Shown here piece by piece: positions 30,433 through 38,438 of a stretch of DNA of 64,000 nucleotides. Below the pieces are notes generated by a model. It was not told the origin of the DNA. It worked only from the letters and a program-made list of their open reading frames with translations, and did not search any database. The stretch lies in contig CAITGV010000001.1 of assembly GCA_903892035.1 (NCBI GenBank), forward strand, positions 419,310-483,309. The letters run 5' to 3'. How positions within the stretch are numbered: position 1 is the first letter of the stretch; every line of letters begins with the position of its first letter. The DNA is from an uncultured bacterium (lineage in GTDB: Bacteria > Patescibacteriota > Minisyncoccia > Phycocordibacterales > UBA9973). Position numbers and translations under genes: made by a program.

Positions 30433-30520
30433 AAGTCGTATCGTATCATAAAAGGCTTTTAAATTAAAGTCACGGACACCAATAAGCTTGCTTTTATCTA
30501 TATTTTTGGTATGGTAAGTG

Positions 30521-30592
30521 TGCGGGGAAGTGTACCGGTTGCACGCGAGGCTCATAACCTTGTAGTAGTAGGTTCGATTCCTACACCCGCAA
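30521..30592 (+). tRNA. tRNA with CAT anticodon (Met), atypical
   Basis: TGCGGGG/ACCCGCA acceptor with one mismatch, CGAGG-CTCATAA-CCTTG, GTAGG-TTCGATT-CCTAC; A at position 8. Confidence 0.7.
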
Positions 30593-30641
30593 CAATCGGC
30601 ATGTGACAGACGCCAAATCTGTCTTTAATGCCGAAATATAT

Positions 30642-30715
30642 GTCGGTGTAGTTCAATGGTAGAACGAAGGACTCATAAGCCTTAGACAGTGGTCCGATTC
30701 CACTCATCGACACCA
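30642..30715 (+). tRNA. tRNA with CAT anticodon (Met or Ile2), atypical
   Basis: GTCGGTG/CATCGAC, AAGGA-CTCATAA-GCCTT, T-loop TCCGATT, encoded CCA. Confidence 0.78.
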
Positions 30716-30761
30716 TCGGGTTCTACCCGATATGAAATGTGATAGTAGTCGCAATTAAATT

Positions 30762-30835
30762 GCGATCGTAGCTCAACTGGTTAGAGCACTCGCCTGTCAC
30801 GCGAGAGGTTGCCGGTTCAAGTCCGGTCGGTCGCG
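30762..30835 (+). tRNA. tRNA-Asp(GTC)
   Basis: GCGATCG/CGGTCGC, CTCGC-CTGTCAC-GCGAG, TTCAAGT T-loop, G discriminator. Confidence 0.95.
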
Positions 30836-30885
30836 CATAAAGAAAAAGCCACAGTAATGTGGCTTTTTCTTTATGCGCGACCGAC
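30826..30885. repeat. Perfect 28-bp inverted repeat including the tRNA-Asp 3' end (terminator-like core)
   Basis: GTCGGTCGCGCATAAAGAAAAAGCCACA-GTAA-TGTGGCTTTTTCTTTATGCGCGACCGAC. Confidence 0.92.
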
Positions 30886-30941
30886 TAAAAGCGTAGCCGA
30901 TAAATATTCCGGTCGGGTAAAATAACTGATATAATACCTTT

Positions 30942-31598
30942 ATGCAAAAAACTATTTTTTATAATTTATTTAAAAATATTGCAAGTCTATATAAAGGAAA
31001 AAATCTGTTGTGGCAATTCTTTTTTATTTTTCTAACTTTTGTTTTGGTAATGAGAGGTTTTGATTGGTACTATTTCGAAGCGACGCGAGGCATCTCTGTT
31101 TCTGTCTGGATGTGGGCAGGAATTTTGGGTTTTATGGTTCCAGTTTTTTTACCACTTCTAATGCTTGCTTTTGGTTTTTATAAAAAAAATAAAAGGACGA
31201 TAAATAGTGCGTATGCAATAATTCAAGCTGGACTCTTGGGCTTAGGTGTATCTTCATTCTATAAAGTTTTTACAGGACGAGTCGGACTTCCTCACATAGC
31301 ATTGAGTATTGATACTAGTAAAATTTTTCAATTTGGATTTTTGCGTGGCGGTGCTTTTCAGGGCTGGCCATCATCACATACAAGTGTGGCTTTTGCTATA
31401 AGTATTGCTTTGTTTACTTTATATCCTGAGAATAAAATCATACGCTATGGAGCAGTTATTTATGCTCTATATATTGGTATCGGAGCTTCTGTCGGTTTTC
31501 ATTGGTTTTCTGATTTTGTATCAGGAATTGTACTTGGAAGCATGATAGGTATTGTGGTAGGTAAAAGTTTCTTGGAAAGATACAAGATGCTGGTATAA
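30942..31598 (+). CDS. PAP2 family membrane phosphatase
   Basis: K..TGR, WPSSH, HWFSD. Confidence 0.88.
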   Translation: MQKTIFYNLFKNIASLYKGKNLLWQFFFIFLTFVLVMRGFDWYYFEATRGISVSVWMWAGILGFMVPVFLPLLMLAFGFYKKNKRTINSAYAIIQAGLLGLGVSSFYKVFTGRVGLPHIALSIDTSKIFQFGFLRGGAFQGWPSSHTSVAFAISIALFTLYPENKIIRYGAVIYALYIGIGASVGFHWFSDFVSGIVLGSMIGIVVGKSFLERYKMLV

Positions 31599-31605
31599 TA
31601 TCTGT

Positions 31606-32106
31606 ATGGAAACATCATTTCAAAATGGAGTCTATTATAAACCAGGAAATAAAGTTTTTGTTTATTTTTTGGGCAAAAGAATTTCTATTATTATCGTCGT
31701 ATTTGTCGCACTCGCTATCGGAATTAATTATTTAGAAAAATTATTGCCGAAGATAAATATTGGTTTGCATTTAATTATCGGAATAGGATTAATTTTCTGT
31801 ATTATAAGTTTTCTTTTTTCTTGGATTAAATACGGAAGTATAAAATTTATGCTTGATGAATTTGCCTTTCATATTCAAAAAGGAATTATGGCAAAATCTG
31901 ACATTGCAATTCCATATAGACAAATTCGCAGTGTGAATCACTCACAAAGTATGAATGAAAAAATGTTTGGTATTATGCATCTTACTGTTCAGACTGTGAG
32001 CGAGACAGAAGACAAAGATGCAAGTTGGGGAATACTGCCAATTTTAGATATTCAAATTGCAATGTCACTGGAGCAAGAGATTCTAAAGAGAACAGTTGAT
32101 AAATAA
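31606..32106 (+). CDS. Membrane protein with bacterial PH (YdbS-like) domain
   Basis: Two TM helices then KGI....IPYRQI..V..Q...FG..L.V.T. Confidence 0.8.
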   Translation: METSFQNGVYYKPGNKVFVYFLGKRISIIIVVFVALAIGINYLEKLLPKINIGLHLIIGIGLIFCIISFLFSWIKYGSIKFMLDEFAFHIQKGIMAKSDIAIPYRQIRSVNHSQSMNEKMFGIMHLTVQTVSETEDKDASWGILPILDIQIAMSLEQEILKRTVDK

Positions 32107-32107
32107 T

Positions 32108-32878
32108 TTATTTAATTTTTTGAGCCAAGAAATAAATACTTGGGCCGAACCACGCACTAGCTAGAGGTTTTTGAAGATGCTTTTCAACGCCTGCCAAGAA
32201 TTTTGCTGGGAATATTTTTTTCAATGTTTGTGAACGGAAATTTGAAACACTTAAAATATTTATTATTTTGAAATTATTTTTCTCTAAAAGTTTTTTTATT
32301 GTAGCAGGGTGGTGATTTACGAAAGTCACATCCTTATGAAGCTCTGCAATGTCCACTGGATTTTCTGATGTAATATTTTTTGTATTTTTTTTGAAAATTG
32401 AAAGTATTCTGTTTTTGAAATGAAATTTATTTGGAATTTCTAAAACCAAATATCCACCCGGTGCAAGTACACGATTCATTTCGTGAATCACATCATCAGG
32501 ATTTTTTATATAGTGGAAAAGTCGCACAGAAAGCATCGCATCACAAGTACCGTCTTCGATATTCATATGATCTGCAAGACTGTGTATTGTTGTAATATTT
32601 TCTTTTAAATATTCAGCTTTAATGTCGTCGAGTTGTTTTTTTGAAGAATCAAGAATAACAAATTCTTTCCAAAGATTTTTATACATTGGAATCATTCGGC
32701 CCATTCCTCCGCCGACGTCGATTATTTTTTTGTGTGGACCATCTATCTGAGCAAAAAGTCTTTTGACTGCAATTTCATCAGCATAATTTTCATAATTTCT
32801 TTCTTCCCAAAATTTTGAGTAATCGTATTTGTCGTAGCCTGTAGGTGGAACTGGATGTGCACTTTCTTTGTGTTGCAT
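32108..32878 (-). CDS. Class I SAM-dependent methyltransferase
   Basis: IIDVGGGMGR, EMNRVLAPGG. Confidence 0.9.
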   Translation of the reverse strand: MQHKESAHPVPPTGYDKYDYSKFWEERNYENYADEIAVKRLFAQIDGPHKKIIDVGGGMGRMIPMYKNLWKEFVILDSSKKQLDDIKAEYLKENITTIHSLADHMNIEDGTCDAMLSVRLFHYIKNPDDVIHEMNRVLAPGGYLVLEIPNKFHFKNRILSIFKKNTKNITSENPVDIAELHKDVTFVNHHPATIKKLLEKNNFKIINILSVSNFRSQTLKKIFPAKFLAGVEKHLQKPLASAWFGPSIYFLAQKIK

Positions 32879-33037
32879 AATTAATTTAAATTTTATTTTT
32901 TAATATTTAGTATTGTTTCAGTGTAGACTACAGAGAACTTGCTGTCAAATTTTGCCTTATTTTACTGACTTTTTGCACTTTTGCGAGGTGCAGGTCTAAG
33001 TGCTATGATGAGGTAGTTAAACAATTTTTTATATATT

Positions 33038-34873
33038 ATGTGTGGAATTATTGGATACATTGGTAAAAAAGAGGCGAGTCCGATACTAATTTCGGGTTTA
33101 CGTCGTTTGGAATACCGCGGATATGACTCTGCGGGTGTTTCGGTGTGGAATGGAAGAGATTTGGTAAATGTAAAACGCACTGGGCGCATTTCTGTTCTCT
33201 CAGACGCAATTGACGAAAAAAGACCAGTAGGTTCTTTGGGTATAGCTCACACACGCTGGGCTACACACGGAGCGCCGTCTGAAGAAAATGCTCATCCACA
33301 TTCTGATTGTAGTGGAAAAGTAGCAGTGGTGCACAATGGTATTATTGAAAATTTCGTATCTTTAAAAAAATCTTTACTCTCTGAAGGTCATAAATTTATT
33401 TCTGAAACAGATACAGAGGTCATAGCTCATATGATTGAGAAATATATGAAAGTAGAAGATTTTGAATCTGCTGTCGTAAGTACGTTGAAACTTTTGGAAG
33501 GAGCATATGGACTCGTGGCAATTTCTGCTGATGAGCCAGATAAAATAATTGTTGCAAAAAAAGGAAGTCCATTGGTGATTGGTATCGGAGATGGAGAATA
33601 TTTTGTCGCATCAGACACGTCTGCAATTTTGGATCATACAAAAAATGTAATTTATCTCGACGATGGAGAAGTCGGAGTTGTGGAAAGTGGAGGATATAGA
33701 GTTTTCAATTTACACGACAACAGTGTTGCTGACAAAATGATCGAGGAAGTCAGCGCAAATATGGATGCTATTGAAAAAGGTGGCTTCGATACTTTTATGT
33801 TGAAAGAAATATTTGAACAACCAGAAAGTATTGTAAATGCAATGAGAGGTCACATCACCGAAGGAGGTAGTGTCGTGAAATTTGGCGGGCTCGAAGGTCA
33901 TGAAAAAAGATTATCCGAAATAAATAGAGTAATAATCGTCGCTTGCGGTACATCATTTCACGCAGGTCTTGTAGCAAGGTGGATGATGGAAGAACTTGTA
34001 AAAATTCCTGTAGAAGTTGAGTACGCATCTGAGTTTCGATATAGAAATCCTATTGTAGATGAAAATTGTTTTGTAATTGCAATTTCTCAATCTGGCGAAA
34101 CAGCTGACACTCTCGCTGCACTAAAACTTGCGAAAGAAAGAGGTGCTTTTACATACGGAGTTTGTAATGTCGTAGGATCTAGTATTGCGCGAGCAGTAGA
34201 CGCTGGAGCGTATCTTCACGCTGGACCTGAGATAAGTGTAGCATCGACAAAAGCATTTACCTCACAAATCACTGTCCTTGCTTTGCTTTCAGTATATTTT
34301 GCTCAACAATTTGGAAAAATAAATAAAAATGAGGCTCATAAAATCCTTTCACATTTGGAACAAATTCCAAATAAAGTAAAAGAGTATTTAGAAAATGTAA
34401 AAGATGTGGAAGAAATTGCGAAAGAATTTTATAATGCTACAAATATTTTATATTTAGGACGCGGTGCAAATTTCCCAGTTGCGCTCGAAGGTGCACTCAA
34501 AATGAAAGAACTCTCGTATATACACGCAGAGGGTTGCCCGGCGGCAGAAATGAAGCACGGTCCAATTGCTCTAATCGACAAAGAAATGCCGGTGATTTTT
34601 ATTGCCACAAAAGACAGTACTTACGACAAAATTGTCAGCAATATTCAAGAGGTGAAAGCTCGTGGTGGACGAGTGATAGCGATAGCAACAGTTGGTGACA
34701 ATTATCTGGAAACTTTAGTTGAGCATGTGATTTATGTTCCAGAGACTATTGAAATTTTCTCGCCACTTTTAAATGTAATTCCTATGCAACTTTTAGCATA
34801 TTATATAACCACGATGAAAGGCCACGATGTCGACAAGCCTAGAAATTTAGCAAAAAGTGTAACTGTTGAATAA
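33038..34873 (+). CDS. glmS: Glutamine--fructose-6-phosphate transaminase
   Basis: MCGI, EYRGYDSAG, HTRWATHG, SQSGETAD, PRNLAKSVTVE. Confidence 0.98.
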   Translation: MCGIIGYIGKKEASPILISGLRRLEYRGYDSAGVSVWNGRDLVNVKRTGRISVLSDAIDEKRPVGSLGIAHTRWATHGAPSEENAHPHSDCSGKVAVVHNGIIENFVSLKKSLLSEGHKFISETDTEVIAHMIEKYMKVEDFESAVVSTLKLLEGAYGLVAISADEPDKIIVAKKGSPLVIGIGDGEYFVASDTSAILDHTKNVIYLDDGEVGVVESGGYRVFNLHDNSVADKMIEEVSANMDAIEKGGFDTFMLKEIFEQPESIVNAMRGHITEGGSVVKFGGLEGHEKRLSEINRVIIVACGTSFHAGLVARWMMEELVKIPVEVEYASEFRYRNPIVDENCFVIAISQSGETADTLAALKLAKERGAFTYGVCNVVGSSIARAVDAGAYLHAGPEISVASTKAFTSQITVLALLSVYFAQQFGKINKNEAHKILSHLEQIPNKVKEYLENVKDVEEIAKEFYNATNILYLGRGANFPVALEGALKMKELSYIHAEGCPAAEMKHGPIALIDKEMPVIFIATKDSTYDKIVSNIQEVKARGGRVIAIATVGDNYLETLVEHVIYVPETIEIFSPLLNVIPMQLLAYYITTMKGHDVDKPRNLAKSVTVE

Positions 34874-35587
34874 ATGAAAAAAATAATTAAACAAAAAAAT
34901 GTTTTCGTAGGAAAAAATGTGACGGTTGAGCCAAATGTTTTTTTTGATACATCAAATGGAAAAATAGAAATTGGTGATGGGACAAAAATAAAAGCCAATG
35001 TCGCACTTCGTGGTCCACTTTCAATTGGAAAAAATTGCGTGATAAATACTTTTTCCGAAATCTCCGATTCTATAATTGGTGATGTATGTAAAATTGGAGG
35101 GGAGGTCGTGAGCTCAACTATTGGAAGTTATACAAATAAAGCGCATCATGGTTTTCTAGGTCACAGTCAAGTGGGCTCTTGGGTAAATATTGGTGGAGGC
35201 ACAAGTGTTTCAAATATGAAAAATACATATGGAAATATAAAAGTTCTAGGTGTTGATACTGGAAAAACTTTTGTCGGTTGTGTAATTGGTGACTACGTAA
35301 AGACGGCAGTAAATACAAGTATTTTTTGTGGAAAGGTTATAGGCACAGCGTCACACATTTACGGCACAGTGACAGAAGATGTACCACCATTTGTGAATCA
35401 CGTCGCTACAGGAAAACTTTTCGAGCTTCCTCTTGAAGTTGCAATAAAAGTTCAGAAAGCAATGAGTGCTCGACGAAATGTTCCATTTACAGAAGATGAT
35501 AAAAAAAATTTTGAAAAAATGTTTAAGGAAACTGCACTAGACAGAAAAAAATCTAAAGTAAAAAAAGGTAAATTATCATTTAAATAA
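34874..35587 (+). CDS. Left-handed beta-helix (GlmU C-terminal-like) acyltransferase
   Basis: Hexapeptide repeats, NKAHHGFLGHS..G.WVNIG.GT..SN.KNTY; directly after glmS. Confidence 0.8.
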   Translation: MKKIIKQKNVFVGKNVTVEPNVFFDTSNGKIEIGDGTKIKANVALRGPLSIGKNCVINTFSEISDSIIGDVCKIGGEVVSSTIGSYTNKAHHGFLGHSQVGSWVNIGGGTSVSNMKNTYGNIKVLGVDTGKTFVGCVIGDYVKTAVNTSIFCGKVIGTASHIYGTVTEDVPPFVNHVATGKLFELPLEVAIKVQKAMSARRNVPFTEDDKKNFEKMFKETALDRKKSKVKKGKLSFK

Positions 35588-35605
35588 ATATAGTAAAAAT
35601 AAAAT

Positions 35606-36556
35606 ATGAAAGAAAAAATTTTAATTATTGGTGCATGTGGGCAGATCGGAGTGGAACTTACTTTGGCTTTGCGAAAAATTTATGGTGGAGAAAATGTCAT
35701 AGCGAGTGATATTCGCGATGAGCACCCACTACTTGCAGGCACTGGTCCTTATACAACTTTAAATGCAAATGATGCAGATAATACTCGTGCAATTGTTAAA
35801 AAAGAAGGCATAACACAGATTTATCTTCTTGCTGCACTTTTGTCAGCGACCGGCGAAAAAGACCCGAAACTTTGTTGGGATTTAAATATGGGTAGTCTTC
35901 GCCAGGTACTCGACCTCGCCGTGGAAATGAAAGATGAAAGAAAAATAAAAATTTTCTGGCCAAGTTCAATTGCCGTTTTTGGTGCAACTACTCCTCGACA
36001 AAATACTCCACAGCTCACAGTGATGGAGCCGACTACGATGTACGGCGTGACCAAGTATGCAGGTGAATTGCTTTGCCAATACTACAATCGTCGCTATGGC
36101 ACCGATGTGCGCTCTGTGCGCTATCCTGGGCTCATTAGTTGGAAGTCTGTGCCAGGTGGTGGAACTACAGACTATGCAGTGGATATTTATATTCAAGCAT
36201 TGAAAGCAGGGAAGTATGAATGTTTTCTTTCTGAAAATACATATCTACCGATGATGTATATGGATGATGCAATTCGCGCAACTATCGAGCTTATGCAAGC
36301 TCCAGTTGAAAATTTAAAAACTCACATGGCTTTCAATCTTTCCGCAATGAGTTTTTCTCCGAAAGAAGTTTATGAATCAATAAAAAAAATTATTTCAAAT
36401 TTTGAAATAACTTACGCTCCCGACCACCGCCAAGCTATAGCCGACAGTTGGCCTGCAAGTATCGACGACTCCACTGCCCGCGCCGAATGGAATTGGAAAC
36501 CCAAATTTGATCTCGAAAAAATGACGACTGCAATGCTTGAGAATTTGAAGAAATAA
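35606..36556 (+). CDS. tdh: L-threonine 3-dehydrogenase (SDR/epimerase type)
   Basis: GACGQIG, LLSATGE, PSSIAVFG, YGVTK, PGGGTTDYAV, RQAIADSWP; adjacent to kbl. Confidence 0.88.
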   Translation: MKEKILIIGACGQIGVELTLALRKIYGGENVIASDIRDEHPLLAGTGPYTTLNANDADNTRAIVKKEGITQIYLLAALLSATGEKDPKLCWDLNMGSLRQVLDLAVEMKDERKIKIFWPSSIAVFGATTPRQNTPQLTVMEPTTMYGVTKYAGELLCQYYNRRYGTDVRSVRYPGLISWKSVPGGGTTDYAVDIYIQALKAGKYECFLSENTYLPMMYMDDAIRATIELMQAPVENLKTHMAFNLSAMSFSPKEVYESIKKIISNFEITYAPDHRQAIADSWPASIDDSTARAEWNWKPKFDLEKMTTAMLENLKK

Positions 36557-36561
36557 AAATT

Positions 36562-37845
36562 ATGTATAGTAAAAAAATTATTGACGATATAAATAAAGAA
36601 CTTGAAAACTTGAAGGTGCAGGGGAAGTTTAAGGTGGAAAGGGAATTGGAAGGACCGCAGGGGCCGGAGGTTTTGATTGGGGGGAAGAAGGTTTTAATGT
36701 TCGGTTCAAATAATTATTTGGGACTTTCAAATCATCCTGCACTCGTTGAAGCTAGTAATGAATATCAAAAAAAATACGGCTACGGACTTTCGTCTGTACG
36801 TTTTATTTCTGGTACGCAAAATATTCACAGAGAATTGGAAAAAAAGTTGGCAGAATTTCTAGGCACAGAAGATGCGATTTTGTATTCGACAAATTTTATG
36901 TCGAACCTTGGATTTTTTGCGAGCATTGTAAATGAGCCATTTCAGAAATTGGTAGTCGGAGTACCAATTGGTACTCCGACTACCAATTATAAAGATGCAA
37001 TATATAGTGATGCACTGAACCACGCGAGTATTATCGATGCATTTAAACTTTGTAATCGCGAGCGTCTAGAAAAAAGAATTTATCCGCACAAAGATTTGAC
37101 GACGTTGCGCCAAATGCTTGAGGAAGACACTTCGACTTCGCTCAGTGCAGGCAATTCTAAAGATATTCGAAATAAAATAATAGTGACTGACGGAGTATTT
37201 TCAATGGAAGGCGATACTGCAGACCTCGCAGAGCTTGTAAAAATTGCAGAAGAATTTGGCGCAATGCTTTTTGTCGACGATGCACATGCGGTAGGAGTAT
37301 TGGGTGAAAATGGAACAGGTACGGCTGAACATTGTGGAGTTTTTGGGAAAGTAGATGTAATTTCTGGAACATTTGGAAAAGCACTTGGTGGTGCGGTCGG
37401 CGGGTATATTGCAGGTAAAAAAGAAATTGTAGAATTTTTAAGACAAAAATCTCGCACATATATGTTTTCAAATTCTGTGCCACCTGCTGTCATAGGTGCC
37501 ACACTTCGCGCACTCGAACTTTTGAAAGAAGATAATAATTTACTTATTGCAGTAAAAGATAATGCAAAATATTTTCGAGATGGTTTGGAAAAACTTGGTT
37601 TTAAAACTCTTCCAGGGAGCCATCCTATAGTTCCACTAATGATTGGTGATGCAAAGCTGACGCAAGAGATGAGTAAAAAACTTTTGGAAAATGGAATTTA
37701 CGTCGTGGGACTTTGGTTTCCTGTTGTTCCGGAAGGTCATGCACGTTTGCGTTTTCAAATTTCCGCCGCGCATACAAAAGCTCACATCGACCAAGCTCTC
37801 ACCGTCCTCGAAAAAATTGGAAAAGAAATGGGCGTCATAAATTAA
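36562..37845 (+). CDS. kbl: 2-amino-3-ketobutyrate CoA ligase (glycine C-acetyltransferase)
   Basis: SNNYLGL, SVRFI.GT, LNHASIID, DGVFSM.G, DDAH, TFGKA, PVVP. Confidence 0.9.
   Translation: MYSKKIIDDINKELENLKVQGKFKVERELEGPQGPEVLIGGKKVLMFGSNNYLGLSNHPALVEASNEYQKKYGYGLSSVRFISGTQNIHRELEKKLAEFLGTEDAILYSTNFMSNLGFFASIVNEPFQKLVVGVPIGTPTTNYKDAIYSDALNHASIIDAFKLCNRERLEKRIYPHKDLTTLRQMLEEDTSTSLSAGNSKDIRNKIIVTDGVFSMEGDTADLAELVKIAEEFGAMLFVDDAHAVGVLGENGTGTAEHCGVFGKVDVISGTFGKALGGAVGGYIAGKKEIVEFLRQKSRTYMFSNSVPPAVIGATLRALELLKEDNNLLIAVKDNAKYFRDGLEKLGFKTLPGSHPIVPLMIGDAKLTQEMSKKLLENGIYVVGLWFPVVPEGHARLRFQISAAHTKAHIDQALTVLEKIGKEMGVIN
36947..36988. repeat. Perfect 42-bp palindrome in frame in kbl
   Basis: AATTGGTAGTCGGAGTACCAA|TTGGTACTCCGACTACCAATT. 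Confidence 0.95.
37128..37152 (-). repeat. Family B element in frame in kbl (TSTSLSAG), opposite orientation to the pheT copy
   Basis: Reverse complement GCCTGCACTGAGCGAAGTCGAAGTG. Confidence 0.75.
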
Positions 37846-37848
37846 AAA

Positions 37849-37882
37849 ACACGGAAAACTGATGTTCGTCAGTTTTCCGTGT
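37849..37882. terminator. Bidirectional terminator between convergent genes
   Basis: ACACGGAAAACTGA-TGTTCG-TCAGTTTTCCGTGT. Confidence 0.8.
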
Positions 37883-37894
37883 CTCTTTTTCTGT

Positions 37895-38323
37895 TTACTT
37901 AGTAATTAGATTGCCTGTTGTAGATAATCTAAAACCTGACGCATCATTTGACGCCCTGATACTTACTTGTGCCACATTTTCCGGTAAAGTACCTTTTTTA
38001 AGCCAAAAAAGATATTCGCCGAGTTTGTAAATTTCATAATCAGGGTCATATGGGTCAGGTTTTTTTGAAATAAAACCTAGATCCTGATTAATAAATTTAA
38101 TGAAATCTTTTTCTACGTACATTGTTTTAGGTTTTTTATACCATCCAAATATGAATGTCATAAAACCTACAAAAATTAAGCAAATAAATAAAAATGCTAA
38201 ACCTAATTGATTAGAAATGTTTGCATTAATAATTAGTATGCCAAGAATTCCGCTGGAATAAATAATTGAACCAGTCCAATATAAAATACTGGAAAATAGT
38301 TTTTTGATTAGATAATTTTGCAT
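37895..38323 (-). CDS. Hypothetical membrane protein
   Basis: 142-aa ORF, two TM segments, A-rich leader. Confidence 0.65.
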   Translation of the reverse strand: MQNYLIKKLFSSILYWTGSIIYSSGILGILIINANISNQLGLAFLFICLIFVGFMTFIFGWYKKPKTMYVEKDFIKFINQDLGFISKKPDPYDPDYEIYKLGEYLFWLKKGTLPENVAQVSIRASNDASGFRLSTTGNLITK

Positions 38324-38438
38324 GTTGTTTAAATTAAATGTTTATTAAATTGTTTAAAGAATAAGTTCATACTATAGTACAAAAATGGGGGTAAGTAAAG
38401 AGCTTTGCATTTGAGCATAAATATCATAAGATGTTTAT

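Noticed and set aside
30433-30555. N-terminal extension of ThrS or a T-box leader
   Set aside because: The extension overlaps a tRNA on the other strand, a TGnTACGAT box sits 7 nt before ATG 30432, and there is no T-box motif.
32880-33037. glmS ribozyme
   Set aside because: No AGCGCC/GACGAGG core is visible, and a TGnTATGAT promoter at 33001-33009 leaves too short a leader.
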